Assembly: GCA_031414595.1 (NCBI GenBank)
Contig: JANNVX010000043.1
Location: forward strand, 1-11,192
From: Deinococcales bacterium
Lineage (GTDB): Bacteria; Deinococcota; Deinococci; Deinococcales; JAAFIG01
Length of the DNA stretch: 11,192 bases
Reading direction: 5' to 3'
Every line of letters starts with the position of its first letter. Position 1 is the first letter of the stretch. Under the pieces are notes generated by a model. It was not told the DNA's origin, did not search any database, and worked only from the letters and a program-made list of their open reading frames with translations. Shown piece after piece: positions 1 to 7,366 of the stretch. The translations under genes were made by a program, and so were the position numbers.

Positions 1-5
1 TCACA

Positions 6-31
6 GGGCGGACACGGGGGTCCGCCCCTAC
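6..31 (-). repeat. GTAG-type REP-like palindrome, copy 1 (GTAGGGGCGGACCCCCGTGTCCGCCC on the - strand)
   Basis: GTAG tetranucleotide followed by a perfect 8-bp stem GGGCGGAC/GTCCGCCC with a 6-nt loop. This is the architecture of RAYT-associated GTAG REPs. A related inverted copy lies at 54-79. Confidence 0.75.
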
Positions 32-53
32 CTGACGTATTTTTATGATTTTT

Positions 54-79
54 GTAGGGACAGACCCCTGTGTCTGTCC
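54..79 (+). repeat. GTAG-type REP-like palindrome, copy 2 (GTAGGGACAGACCCCTGTGTCTGTCC)
   Basis: GTAG plus a perfect 8-bp stem GGACAGAC/GTCTGTCC with a 6-nt loop. Same length as copy 1, with compensatory base changes in the stem. Confidence 0.75.
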
Positions 80-110
80 TGCTAGGAAATGATATTTCGT
101 CGTTTCCAAT

Positions 111-524
111 TTGGGAAGTTATTTCAGGACAAATCCTAAGCGCCTGAACTGGGCAGTGCGGATACAGGGGACGAACGCGGTTGCTGGGCGAATTTCGTAC
201 TCAGAAATCAACGAAGCTAATAAATGGCTCGAGATTGGCACGATGCTGATGCCCGCCTTTTGGGGCAGCATGGCGAATCCAGAAGGGAAATTGTTGCTGA
301 TGACTAGGGCTTTTGAAGTCTTGCAAGTCAATCGGGTGCAATTTAAGGTGGATGTGCGTAACGAGCGCAGCCAAGGCAGTATGGCTAAAATGGGGGCAGT
401 GCGTGAAGGAGTCTTGCGCCAATATCAAATTCGTGCCGATGGTTTTGTGCGTGATAGCGTGATGTACAGCGTATTAAAGTCTGAATGGTTGGGCGTAAAG
501 CACAGGCTCGAGGCTCGAGTATGA
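111..524 (+). pseudogene. RimJ/RimL-family GNAT N-acetyltransferase, 5'-truncated or interrupted paralogue of 1166..1759
   Basis: Motifs WAVRI..VAGR, EIGTMLMPAFWG, NRVQFKVD.RNERS, GAVREGVLR and RDSVMYS are colinear with the 197-aa paralogue. About 60 N-terminal residues are missing, there is an in-frame TGA at 90-92, only a TTG start is available, and REP-like DNA lies upstream. Confidence 0.65.
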
Positions 525-528
525 CTTG

Positions 529-537
529 TGGTAGTAT
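529..537 (+). promoter_or_regulatory. Extended -10 element (TGnTAGTAT) for a probable leaderless TA transcript
   Basis: TGGTAGTAT ends 6 nt before ATG 544, and there is no Shine-Dalgarno sequence. Confidence 0.55.
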
Positions 538-543
538 CATGGT

Positions 544-780
544 ATGAAAGTTGCTATTTCAATTCCCAATAAAACTTTTGAGGCACTCGAAAAAATCGCC
601 ATAGAACGCGATTTATCACGCAGCGCTTTGTATACTCAGGCACTTGAAAAAATGTTGTTTGAACTCGAGCAAAATGCCTTGACCGAGCGTATTAACCAAG
701 CCATTGAAAATGGTGCTATTGACCAAGACACTGCATGGCAAGCTCATGCTGTACAGATGTTGGAGCGGGTTGAATGGTAA
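544..780 (+). CDS. Ribbon-helix-helix (CopG/MazE-like) type II antitoxin
   Basis: 78 aa. The N-terminal MKVAISIP...LSRSALYTQAL fits the RHH pattern, the C-terminus is acidic, and the gene overlaps the toxin start (ATGGTAA). Confidence 0.85.
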   Translation: MKVAISIPNKTFEALEKIAIERDLSRSALYTQALEKMLFELEQNALTERINQAIENGAIDQDTAWQAHAVQMLERVEW

Positions 781-1124
781 TTGAACGTGGCGAAATCTGG
801 TGGGCGCAACTCAATTCTAATCCTGTGGGTTCGAGTCCTGGTTTTCGTCGTCCAGTGCTGATTATTCAAACCAACGCAATCAATCAAAGTAACTTAAATA
901 CAGTTATTATTGTGGCTATTACGTCTAATCTTGCCTTGACAAGTATTCCTTTGAATGTACAACTCGAGCCGCTTGAATCAGGATTACCGCAAGTTTCGGT
1001 AGTCAATGTTTCGCAAGTGCAAACCATTGATAAATCTCAACTCGAGCAACGAGTCCAGAAATTACCAAGTGGAACGTTCCAAAAAATTATTCAGAATTTA
1101 CGTCATGTTTTGGAAATGCAGTGA
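774..1124 (+). CDS. mazF: PemK/MazF-family endoribonuclease toxin
   Basis: 116 aa with RGEIWWA, GSSPGFRRPVLIIQ, TVIIVAITS, SGL..VSVVNVSQVQTIDK. A GGAG SD is present and the gene is coupled to the antitoxin. Confidence 0.9.
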   Translation: MVIERGEIWWAQLNSNPVGSSPGFRRPVLIIQTNAINQSNLNTVIIVAITSNLALTSIPLNVQLEPLESGLPQVSVVNVSQVQTIDKSQLEQRVQKLPSGTFQKIIQNLRHVLEMQ

Positions 1125-1165
1125 GTTTTACTTGTCCAGCTTGTGGTTTTATGGCAGACTAAGCC

Positions 1166-1759
1166 ATGACCAACCAAGAAACTTGGCTCGAGCCTGTGCT
1201 AATTAAAGGCAAATACATTCATCTCGAGCCGCTTGACCCTGCGCTTCACGCTGCACCGATGTTTGAGTTTTTTGAGCCTCGAGTGACGACTTTTTTGGGT
1301 CCAAGCAGCAGTATCCCAATTGAATCAGTAGAAGCCATGCAAGCCCATCTCGAGCAACAAAAAACACGTCCTGGTTGTGTTCATTGGGCAGTGCGGATAA
1401 TCAAAACTGGGGCTGTGGCTGGACGGGTTTTATTTGCTGATGTGCAGGTAGCCAATGCTTGCCTAGAAATTGGTACGGTCTTAATGCCCGCCTTTTGGGG
1501 TGGTTTTGCCAATGCCGAATCTAAGTTATTATTGCTGACTCGAGCCTTCGAGTTACTTGGAGCAAATCGGGTGCAATTTACAGTGGATTCGGAAAACTCG
1601 CGTTCAATGGCTGCCTTACAAAAAATCGGGGCAATCAAAGAGGGTCTGCGTCGGCAGTGCCGAATTCGCTCGGATGGTTCGGTGCGTGACCATCTGGTGT
1701 TTAGTGTCATTAAGTCCGAATGGGCTATGGTCAAAGCAAATCTCGAGGCTCGAATTTAG
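1166..1759 (+). CDS. RimJ/RimL-family GNAT N-acetyltransferase
   Basis: 197 aa with L.GKYIHLEPL, EIGTVLMPAFWG, NAESKLLLLTRAFE, NRVQFTVDSENSRS, KIGAIKEGLRR and RDHLVFS. Confidence 0.9.
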   Translation: MTNQETWLEPVLIKGKYIHLEPLDPALHAAPMFEFFEPRVTTFLGPSSSIPIESVEAMQAHLEQQKTRPGCVHWAVRIIKTGAVAGRVLFADVQVANACLEIGTVLMPAFWGGFANAESKLLLLTRAFELLGANRVQFTVDSENSRSMAALQKIGAIKEGLRRQCRIRSDGSVRDHLVFSVIKSEWAMVKANLEARI

Positions 1760-2910
1760 CGCATTTGCTTGCTACTGATTCGGTTTTTACCCCGACGCTT
1801 GGCTTGGTACATGGCTTGGTCAGCACTGGTGAAGAAATCCTCGAGTTGCTGAGCAGCCGTTGGTACGCCACTGGCAATTCCAAAACTTGCTGTGACTTGA
1901 ATGTTGCCTTTTGCAGTATCAAAAGGTGTGTTGGCAATGGCTTTTCGGATGCGCTCAGCTACTTTTTTGGCTTGGCTTAGATTGGTTTCTGGTAGGATTA
2001 GCATAAATTCTTCGCCGCCAAACCGTGCAATCACATCTCCATGACGGCTATTCTCGAGCAGAATCAGGGCGGTTTTTTGTAGGACAGCATCGCCGATAGA
2101 GTGTCCGTAAGTGTCATTGATATTTTTGAATGAATCAAGGTCAAGGCTGATGACGCTAAAATTCGATTGGCTTCGTTTGTGCCTAGCTAGGGTAAGTTGA
2201 CCAAATTGTTGTAGTAAACGCCGATTGGATAATCCTGTCAGTGTATCGGTGTTGGCATGTTCGTACATATCGGCAAAGTGCTGGGTTAATCGGATGGCGG
2301 CGGCGGCGCGGCGGGCAAGAACATGTAAGAAATTGAGGTCGTCAGGTGAGATTTGTAGCACTTCCAGACTCAAGCAGTACAGCACCCCAAGCACTTGACG
2401 TTCATCTTTAATCGGTGTACCAACATAGCCTTTGAGATTATAGCTGTGCAGTAATGAATTGGCATTAAAAGGATCGTCTATGATGTTTGGAACGATAATG
2501 TCAGCAGCATTATCCACTACCCAACGGGTTGCCCCACCCGATGTACGAATTTTATGAACCACTTCATCGGGATTTTGTTTTGGCACGGTAGTTGCTGCCA
2601 CATCAAACGTTTGTGTTTTTGCATCCCATAAAATTGCACTCACCCCACCTGTGGCAGGCAGTAATTGCGAAGCGACTTCGCAAATTCGTTTCAGCATTTG
2701 TGTGATATTGACAACGCTCGGATCAAACATCTCGAGTTCTGCAAGTAATTCCATGCGACGCTGACCGAGTAACATTTGACTGTTTTGTAACGTTAGTAAT
2801 TCCTGCATGTCAATTTGATCAGAAAAAAAGTTGTTTTCTGTATTTATATTGGTATTGTAGACCTGAAATGATTGACGTGCAGCCATCAACATTTTTTTCT
2901 TTGCGTCCAT
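1756..2910 (-). CDS. GAF + GGDEF diguanylate cyclase
   Basis: DTLTGLSNRR, DLDSFKNINDTYGHSIGD, RFGGEEF with an RxxD I-site (RHGD), and ADQAMYQAK. A GAF-like segment lies upstream (GYVGTPI...LGVLYC). Start placed at ATG 2910 after AAGGGA; the ORF is open to 2991. Confidence 0.88.
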   Translation of the reverse strand: MDAKKKMLMAARQSFQVYNTNINTENNFFSDQIDMQELLTLQNSQMLLGQRRMELLAELEMFDPSVVNITQMLKRICEVASQLLPATGGVSAILWDAKTQTFDVAATTVPKQNPDEVVHKIRTSGGATRWVVDNAADIIVPNIIDDPFNANSLLHSYNLKGYVGTPIKDERQVLGVLYCLSLEVLQISPDDLNFLHVLARRAAAAIRLTQHFADMYEHANTDTLTGLSNRRLLQQFGQLTLARHKRSQSNFSVISLDLDSFKNINDTYGHSIGDAVLQKTALILLENSRHGDVIARFGGEEFMLILPETNLSQAKKVAERIRKAIANTPFDTAKGNIQVTASFGIASGVPTAAQQLEDFFTSADQAMYQAKRRGKNRISSKQMR

Positions 2911-3022
2911 AAATCCCTTTTTGAATTTTTGGTACTGATTCCAACAAGACAATGTCATATTGTTTTTCTTAATTGTGCAGTTCTCCATCATTGGTACGAC
3001 GACAAATCCCAGTTAAACCGCG

Positions 3023-3028
3023 TAAAAT
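3023..3028 (+). promoter_or_regulatory. -10 box TAAAAT, probable leaderless start of the ABC operon
   Basis: TAAAAT lies 6 nt upstream of ATG 3035 with no SD. Confidence 0.55.
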
Positions 3029-3034
3029 ACGTTC

Positions 3035-3982
3035 ATGAGTGTTGTTCTCGAGGTTAATCACCTCTCTAAAAAATATGGGACTCGAGCGGCGGTAGACGAT
3101 GTTTCGTTTACCTTAAATTCGGGTGAAGTGGTCGGGTTTCTGGGTCCTAACGGGGCGGGTAAAACCACAACCATGCGAATGATAGCTGGCTTAATTAGCC
3201 CAACCGGTGGCAATGTCAAACTGCTTGGTAAGTCCGTGCCAAGCGATGCCTTAAAGCACATGGGCGCAATGATTGAAGAGCCTTCATTTTATCCCTATCT
3301 TTCTGGGCGCGATAATTTGCGTTATGCTGCCAAATTACACGGTGGCATTTCTGAATCCCGCATCGAAGAAACCCTCGAATTAACCGGTATGAAAGCCAGA
3401 GGCGCAGACCGTGTTGCCAAATACAGCCAAGGAATGCGGCAACGCCTTGGATTGGCGCGGGCGCTTTTGTCCAGCCCCAAATTACTGATGCTCGATGAAC
3501 CCGCTAACGGGCTTGACCCCGAAGGAATTGCCGAACTGCGCGAAGTGATTAAGAGCTTTGGCGACCAAGGCATCACCGTCTTTGTCTCGAGCCATATTCT
3601 GTCCGAAGTCGAAAAATTTGCGCCTCGGGTGCTGATTATCAACAAAGGCAAGTTACTGCGTGATAGTAGTACCCATGATTTACGCCCGAGTGCTGGCGTA
3701 GATGGCTTAGACAGCACCTACCACCTCGAGACCACCGATGCAAGCAAGGCGCTTGAAGTGCTGCGCCGCGAACCCTACATTCAAAGCCTCGAGTTAATGC
3801 AAAGCGGTCTGTCTTTTCGTGTGCCGAAAGCCGCCGCTTACCGACTTGCGCCGCTTTTGGTGCAGGGCGGGGTGATGTTCACCCAACTCAAACGCCATGA
3901 ACAAATTGGCGCATCAACGGACTTAGAAAGCCTGTATTTAGAAGTGATTGGCGACCAAGGCAACGCTGGAGGGGTGAAATAA
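3035..3982 (+). CDS. ABC transporter ATP-binding protein (ABC-2/BcrA-like exporter)
   Basis: Walker A GPNGAGKT, signature YSQGM, Walker B LLMLDE and H-loop SSH. Confidence 0.95.
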   Translation: MSVVLEVNHLSKKYGTRAAVDDVSFTLNSGEVVGFLGPNGAGKTTTMRMIAGLISPTGGNVKLLGKSVPSDALKHMGAMIEEPSFYPYLSGRDNLRYAAKLHGGISESRIEETLELTGMKARGADRVAKYSQGMRQRLGLARALLSSPKLLMLDEPANGLDPEGIAELREVIKSFGDQGITVFVSSHILSEVEKFAPRVLIINKGKLLRDSSTHDLRPSAGVDGLDSTYHLETTDASKALEVLRREPYIQSLELMQSGLSFRVPKAAAYRLAPLLVQGGVMFTQLKRHEQIGASTDLESLYLEVIGDQGNAGGVK

Positions 3983-4908
3983 TGCTCGAGATGATTGGGG
4001 CTGAGGTTTTTAAGGCATTTAAGAAGAAGCGTTTCTGGGTTTTAATTATTTTATTTGGCATCATTGCGCCGCTCATTCAGTTAGTCACAGCAGGTTTTGT
4101 GACCAGCCGAGTTTCGGGAACAGTCGTGGACACAGGCGACGCAGTGGCAAAAGCCATTTCCGAGATTGCCTCGCCGTACAGTTTGGCACGCAACGGTATT
4201 GGCGGTTTACTGCCGCTCATGCTGCTGCCCTTAGCCGCCGTAGTTGGGATTTTCTTGGTCGGTGAAGAACGCACCTTTAAGATGTGGAAAACCATTTTGG
4301 TGGCAAATCCAGACCGAATGCGGGTTTTGGCAGCAAAATTTATAACAGGAATGCTGATTCTCGGTTCAATTATTCTGGCTGGAATTCTTGGTGGGGTTGT
4401 TTTTGGGGCAATTGCTATTCCGCTTGGGTTTGCCTCGAGTTTTGCTGGGGATTGGGGTAGTTTTTTCCTGATTGCCTTTTTGCAATGGCTGGTTTTGGCT
4501 GCGCCGCTTGCCCTTGGGTTTTTAATCAGTTGGTTATTTGCTTCCCCAGCCCTCGCCGTGATTGGTGTAGTGGTGCTGCCTTCTTTAATCGAAGGGATTT
4601 TAACCGCCAGTATCGTTTTTCAACTCAACCGTGTCTCGCCCTTAAATGCTGCCTTTCAAGCCGATAGACTGCGCCAAACCCTCGAGGAATGGACACGCTT
4701 TTTCTTTACCCCAAACCTAAACTTAGGACAGCGTTTAATTGGGCAATCCTTACAAAATTCTGGCTTAGGTGAATTTATTCCCAGTAATGTGCTACCTGTT
4801 CTCGAGTGGGATAAAATCTGGTGGTCGGTTGGCGCGGCGGGTGTGTACGGGCTGGTGTTCGCCGCAATTATGGTTTGGAGTTTTAGAACAAGGGACATTC
4901 ACGAATAA
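3982..4908 (+). CDS. ABC-2-type transporter permease
   Basis: Several hydrophobic TM segments and a GEERTFKMWKTILV...R.RVLAAK motif. It has a GGAGG SD and a TAATG stop/start overlap with the ATPase. Confidence 0.88.
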   Translation: MLEMIGAEVFKAFKKKRFWVLIILFGIIAPLIQLVTAGFVTSRVSGTVVDTGDAVAKAISEIASPYSLARNGIGGLLPLMLLPLAAVVGIFLVGEERTFKMWKTILVANPDRMRVLAAKFITGMLILGSIILAGILGGVVFGAIAIPLGFASSFAGDWGSFFLIAFLQWLVLAAPLALGFLISWLFASPALAVIGVVVLPSLIEGILTASIVFQLNRVSPLNAAFQADRLRQTLEEWTRFFFTPNLNLGQRLIGQSLQNSGLGEFIPSNVLPVLEWDKIWWSVGAAGVYGLVFAAIMVWSFRTRDIHE

Positions 4909-5885
4909 ATAAACTCAAAAGCGGCTTGGTACTGCCCAACTTCTAAGCCAGCATGATTTTTGAGGATTGGGGCTTGCCATGCAGCTAAGGCTTCGGGGTG
5001 ACTCAGTACACCTAATTGCGTCAGGACCCTATGCAGTGCTACTTCTAAGACCCGTTCCGAACCATCCTCTATTTTTGTAGCAATGCCAATGTTGCCATGT
5101 TGAGAATCACGCACCGCCATTAAGTTAATTGCTTCTGCCCCAATTTTAGAAACCAAGTTGTTCTGGCTCTGCATCAAGACCGTATCGGTGCGGTTTGTTC
5201 CAGCAATCAAATGCGGATGCGCTCGCATGGCGTTGTATGCCAACTCGAGACCACCTTCGTACTCGGGTAAACTTTGTGGTTCGGACAATCGCGCCATGCC
5301 AAGCGCTGCCTTCTCGAGCGAGACTTGATAACACGGCACACTGCAACCATCTATACCAATGCCCAGTTCTGGGGTGTCAAAACATTTTTGTACAACGCTT
5401 AGAATTTCTTGTTGCAACGGGTGTTCGGGTAAAAAATACGTTTGGGTTGGTAAGCCCTTGACCACACAAGCCGCCAGCATTGCCGCGTGTTTACCACTGC
5501 AATTATTTTGCAGCACAGAAGGTTTAATCCCAATCACCCGCATTTCTTTACGGGTAGCTGCGTCAAATGGCGTGTGCGTGCCACATTTTAGCCATGCCGA
5601 ATCCACTTTGGCTCGAGCCAGTAATTCTAAGACCGTTTCGACATGGGTGGCATCGCCAGCGTGGGAAGCCATGGCAATGGCTAAGTGCCTAGACTCGAGA
5701 CCTAAAGATTCTATAAATGGAATTAAAGGCTGAACCTGAAATGCCTTGGCGCTCGAGCGCAAAAAACTAAGAAACTGTGGATTGCCGACTGAAGCGATTA
5801 AACGCCCGTCGGCTGATACTACCGCCACATGAACTTTATGCCGAGACTCGAGCAGACCGCCACGCAAAACATGAACAAAAGACAT
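4899..5885 (-). CDS. L-asparaginase II family protein (Rhizobium-type, class 3 asparaginase)
   Basis: Family motifs RGGLLESRH, RSSAKAFQ, ASHAG, NNCSGKH, DGCSVP, KIGAEA and KIEDG. Confidence 0.88.
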   Translation of the reverse strand: MSFVHVLRGGLLESRHKVHVAVVSADGRLIASVGNPQFLSFLRSSAKAFQVQPLIPFIESLGLESRHLAIAMASHAGDATHVETVLELLARAKVDSAWLKCGTHTPFDAATRKEMRVIGIKPSVLQNNCSGKHAAMLAACVVKGLPTQTYFLPEHPLQQEILSVVQKCFDTPELGIGIDGCSVPCYQVSLEKAALGMARLSEPQSLPEYEGGLELAYNAMRAHPHLIAGTNRTDTVLMQSQNNLVSKIGAEAINLMAVRDSQHGNIGIATKIEDGSERVLEVALHRVLTQLGVLSHPEALAAWQAPILKNHAGLEVGQYQAAFEFIYS

Positions 5886-5891
5886 AAACCC

Positions 5892-5897
5892 AGTTTA
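5892..5897 (-). promoter_or_regulatory. -10 box TAAACT before the asparaginase gene
   Basis: 6 nt upstream of ATG 5885, within a 14-nt intergenic gap, with no SD. Confidence 0.5.
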
Positions 5898-5899
5898 TC

Positions 5900-6727
5900 T
5901 TACTGCTGGGCTTGAATGGTCACAGACACATCCAACGTCTCGAGTCCACCACCTCGGCGCAAGCCATGAAGCGGCGGAATATCGTCGTAATCGCGTCCAA
6001 AACCAATCCGAATATGGTTCTCGGTCTCGAGCAGGTTATTGGTCGGGTCAAACCCAATCCAACCGACACTGGGAATAAAAGCCTCGAGCCACGCATGGGT
6101 GGCTTCTGCCCCAAGAAAATCTGTACCCGCATAAACATAGCCACTGACATACCGCGCTGGAATACCTTGTGAACGACAGACCGCCAACATGGCATGGACA
6201 AAATCTTGACAAACCCCTGTGCCGTGCTGCACAAATTCAATCAGGGGCGTGTTGACCACCGTCACCCCTGCTTGAAACAAAAAACGATTTTTTAAGTGCG
6301 AATTTAAGCCCATTAAATACTCGAGCAGGTCATCTTCGGGCTTAATTGTGCGGTACTCGAGCAGGGCAACCCAATCGGAATCTAAGGAAACCCGTTTACA
6401 ACTGCTTAAAAATTCAAAGTATTCGGCTTTGTACGGTATTAAACTCAAAGCAGGAGCGCTGTTGGGAAATGGCTTTGGGTGCTTAACCACGACACTGTTG
6501 GTCTCGATTTTAAGACGCTGATGGGCTTCGAGAAGATGAAAATGATGGACGGTTGTGCCAAAATAATCTTTATTTACCGTCACTGCCACATCTGGAGCAA
6601 GCGACAGACGAAACGACAATAAACTCTGGAAATCATCGTGGGCGGGTTGCAAACGCAATTGATTAAACGAATCCGTAGCTGGAATCGGATACGAATACTC
6701 GGTGATATGGCGAATCTGCGCTCTCAT
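5900..6727 (-). CDS. Transglutaminase-like protein (bacterial transglutaminase N-terminal domain + core)
   Basis: N-terminal I.H.TEYSY...LRLQP and catalytic triad motifs GVCQDFVH, THAWLEA and GFDPTN, plus GRDYDD. Start re-assigned to MRAQIRH (6727) because the longer ORF start overlaps comF. Confidence 0.9.
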   Translation of the reverse strand: MRAQIRHITEYSYPIPATDSFNQLRLQPAHDDFQSLLSFRLSLAPDVAVTVNKDYFGTTVHHFHLLEAHQRLKIETNSVVVKHPKPFPNSAPALSLIPYKAEYFEFLSSCKRVSLDSDWVALLEYRTIKPEDDLLEYLMGLNSHLKNRFLFQAGVTVVNTPLIEFVQHGTGVCQDFVHAMLAVCRSQGIPARYVSGYVYAGTDFLGAEATHAWLEAFIPSVGWIGFDPTNNLLETENHIRIGFGRDYDDIPPLHGLRRGGGLETLDVSVTIQAQQ

Positions 6728-6734
6728 GGCTACT

Positions 6735-6740
6735 ATGCTA
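6735..6740 (-). promoter_or_regulatory. -10 box TAGCAT before the transglutaminase gene
   Basis: 7 nt upstream of ATG 6727 with no SD. Confidence 0.45.
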
Positions 6741-6750
6741 ACCCACAAAA

Positions 6751-7353
6751 CTAAGCCCGAGCTAAAACCGCCAAACGCACCCGTTTTGCACCTGCTTCGA
6801 TTAAACATAAACTGGCTTCGGTCAGGGTTGAACCACTGGTATGCACATCATCTATCAGCAGCACCTCGAGACCCGCCACAGATTGTTGTACTGCAAAGGC
6901 ATCCTCCAAGTTTTTTAAGCGCTCGCTTTTCTCAAGCCGCGCTTGTTGCTTGGTGGCTCGGGTACGCTCTAATGCCAGCAAGCACGGCACGCCCAACTCG
7001 AGCGCCACAGCTTGGGCTAATAACTCGGCTTGGTTATAGCCACGGTGTCTGACCCTCGAGCCATGCAATGGAATCGGAATAATTGCATCAAAAGACCATG
7101 CTGATTCTCGGGTTGCCAAAGCTAAACGCATCCCAAGTGGTTTAGCCACGGCTCGAGCTTCGGCAAATTTTAGGGCGCGAACCGCTTTCTCGAGACCCCC
7201 TTGGTATTTCCCAAAATGCAGGATGTTACCCTCGAGAACGGGCTTAAGGCTGCTTAGGCATTTGGTGCAAATACCACGTTCAGAACCACTCAAGTGCGCC
7301 TTGCACATGGCGCAGCGCATCGGCAGAATAACGTTCAGGATAGCCTCGAGCAT
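6751..7353 (-). CDS. comF: ComF family protein (zinc finger + phosphoribosyltransferase fold)
   Basis: CAMC...CTKC zinc finger, PIPLH, RGYNQAELLA and PRPP-binding LLIDDVHTSGSTL. Start at MLEAIL (7353) or MPMLE (7359). Confidence 0.9.
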   Translation of the reverse strand: MLEAILNVILPMRCAMCKAHLSGSERGICTKCLSSLKPVLEGNILHFGKYQGGLEKAVRALKFAEARAVAKPLGMRLALATRESAWSFDAIIPIPLHGSRVRHRGYNQAELLAQAVALELGVPCLLALERTRATKQQARLEKSERLKNLEDAFAVQQSVAGLEVLLIDDVHTSGSTLTEASLCLIEAGAKRVRLAVLARA

Positions 7354-7359
7354 GGGCAT

Positions 7360-7365
7360 AGTATA
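7360..7365 (-). promoter_or_regulatory. -10 box TATACT before comF
   Basis: 6 nt upstream of ATG 7353, just after the stop of the R-M gene. Confidence 0.55.
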
Positions 7366-7366
7366 A

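Noticed and set aside
111-1124. GNAT + RHH as an AtaRT/TacAT-type GNAT toxin-antitoxin system
   Set aside because: The GNATs are RimJ/RimL-type rather than AtaT-like, and the RHH gene is translationally coupled to the MazF toxin.
774-1124. MazF as the source of the leaderless mRNAs
   Set aside because: The leaderless pattern is explained by promoter position in the DNA, and no evidence links it to toxin cleavage.
4890-4920. Intrinsic terminators at the convergent junctions (4899-4908 and 1756-1759)
   Set aside because: The convergent genes overlap at their stops and no convincing hairpin plus U-tract is visible.
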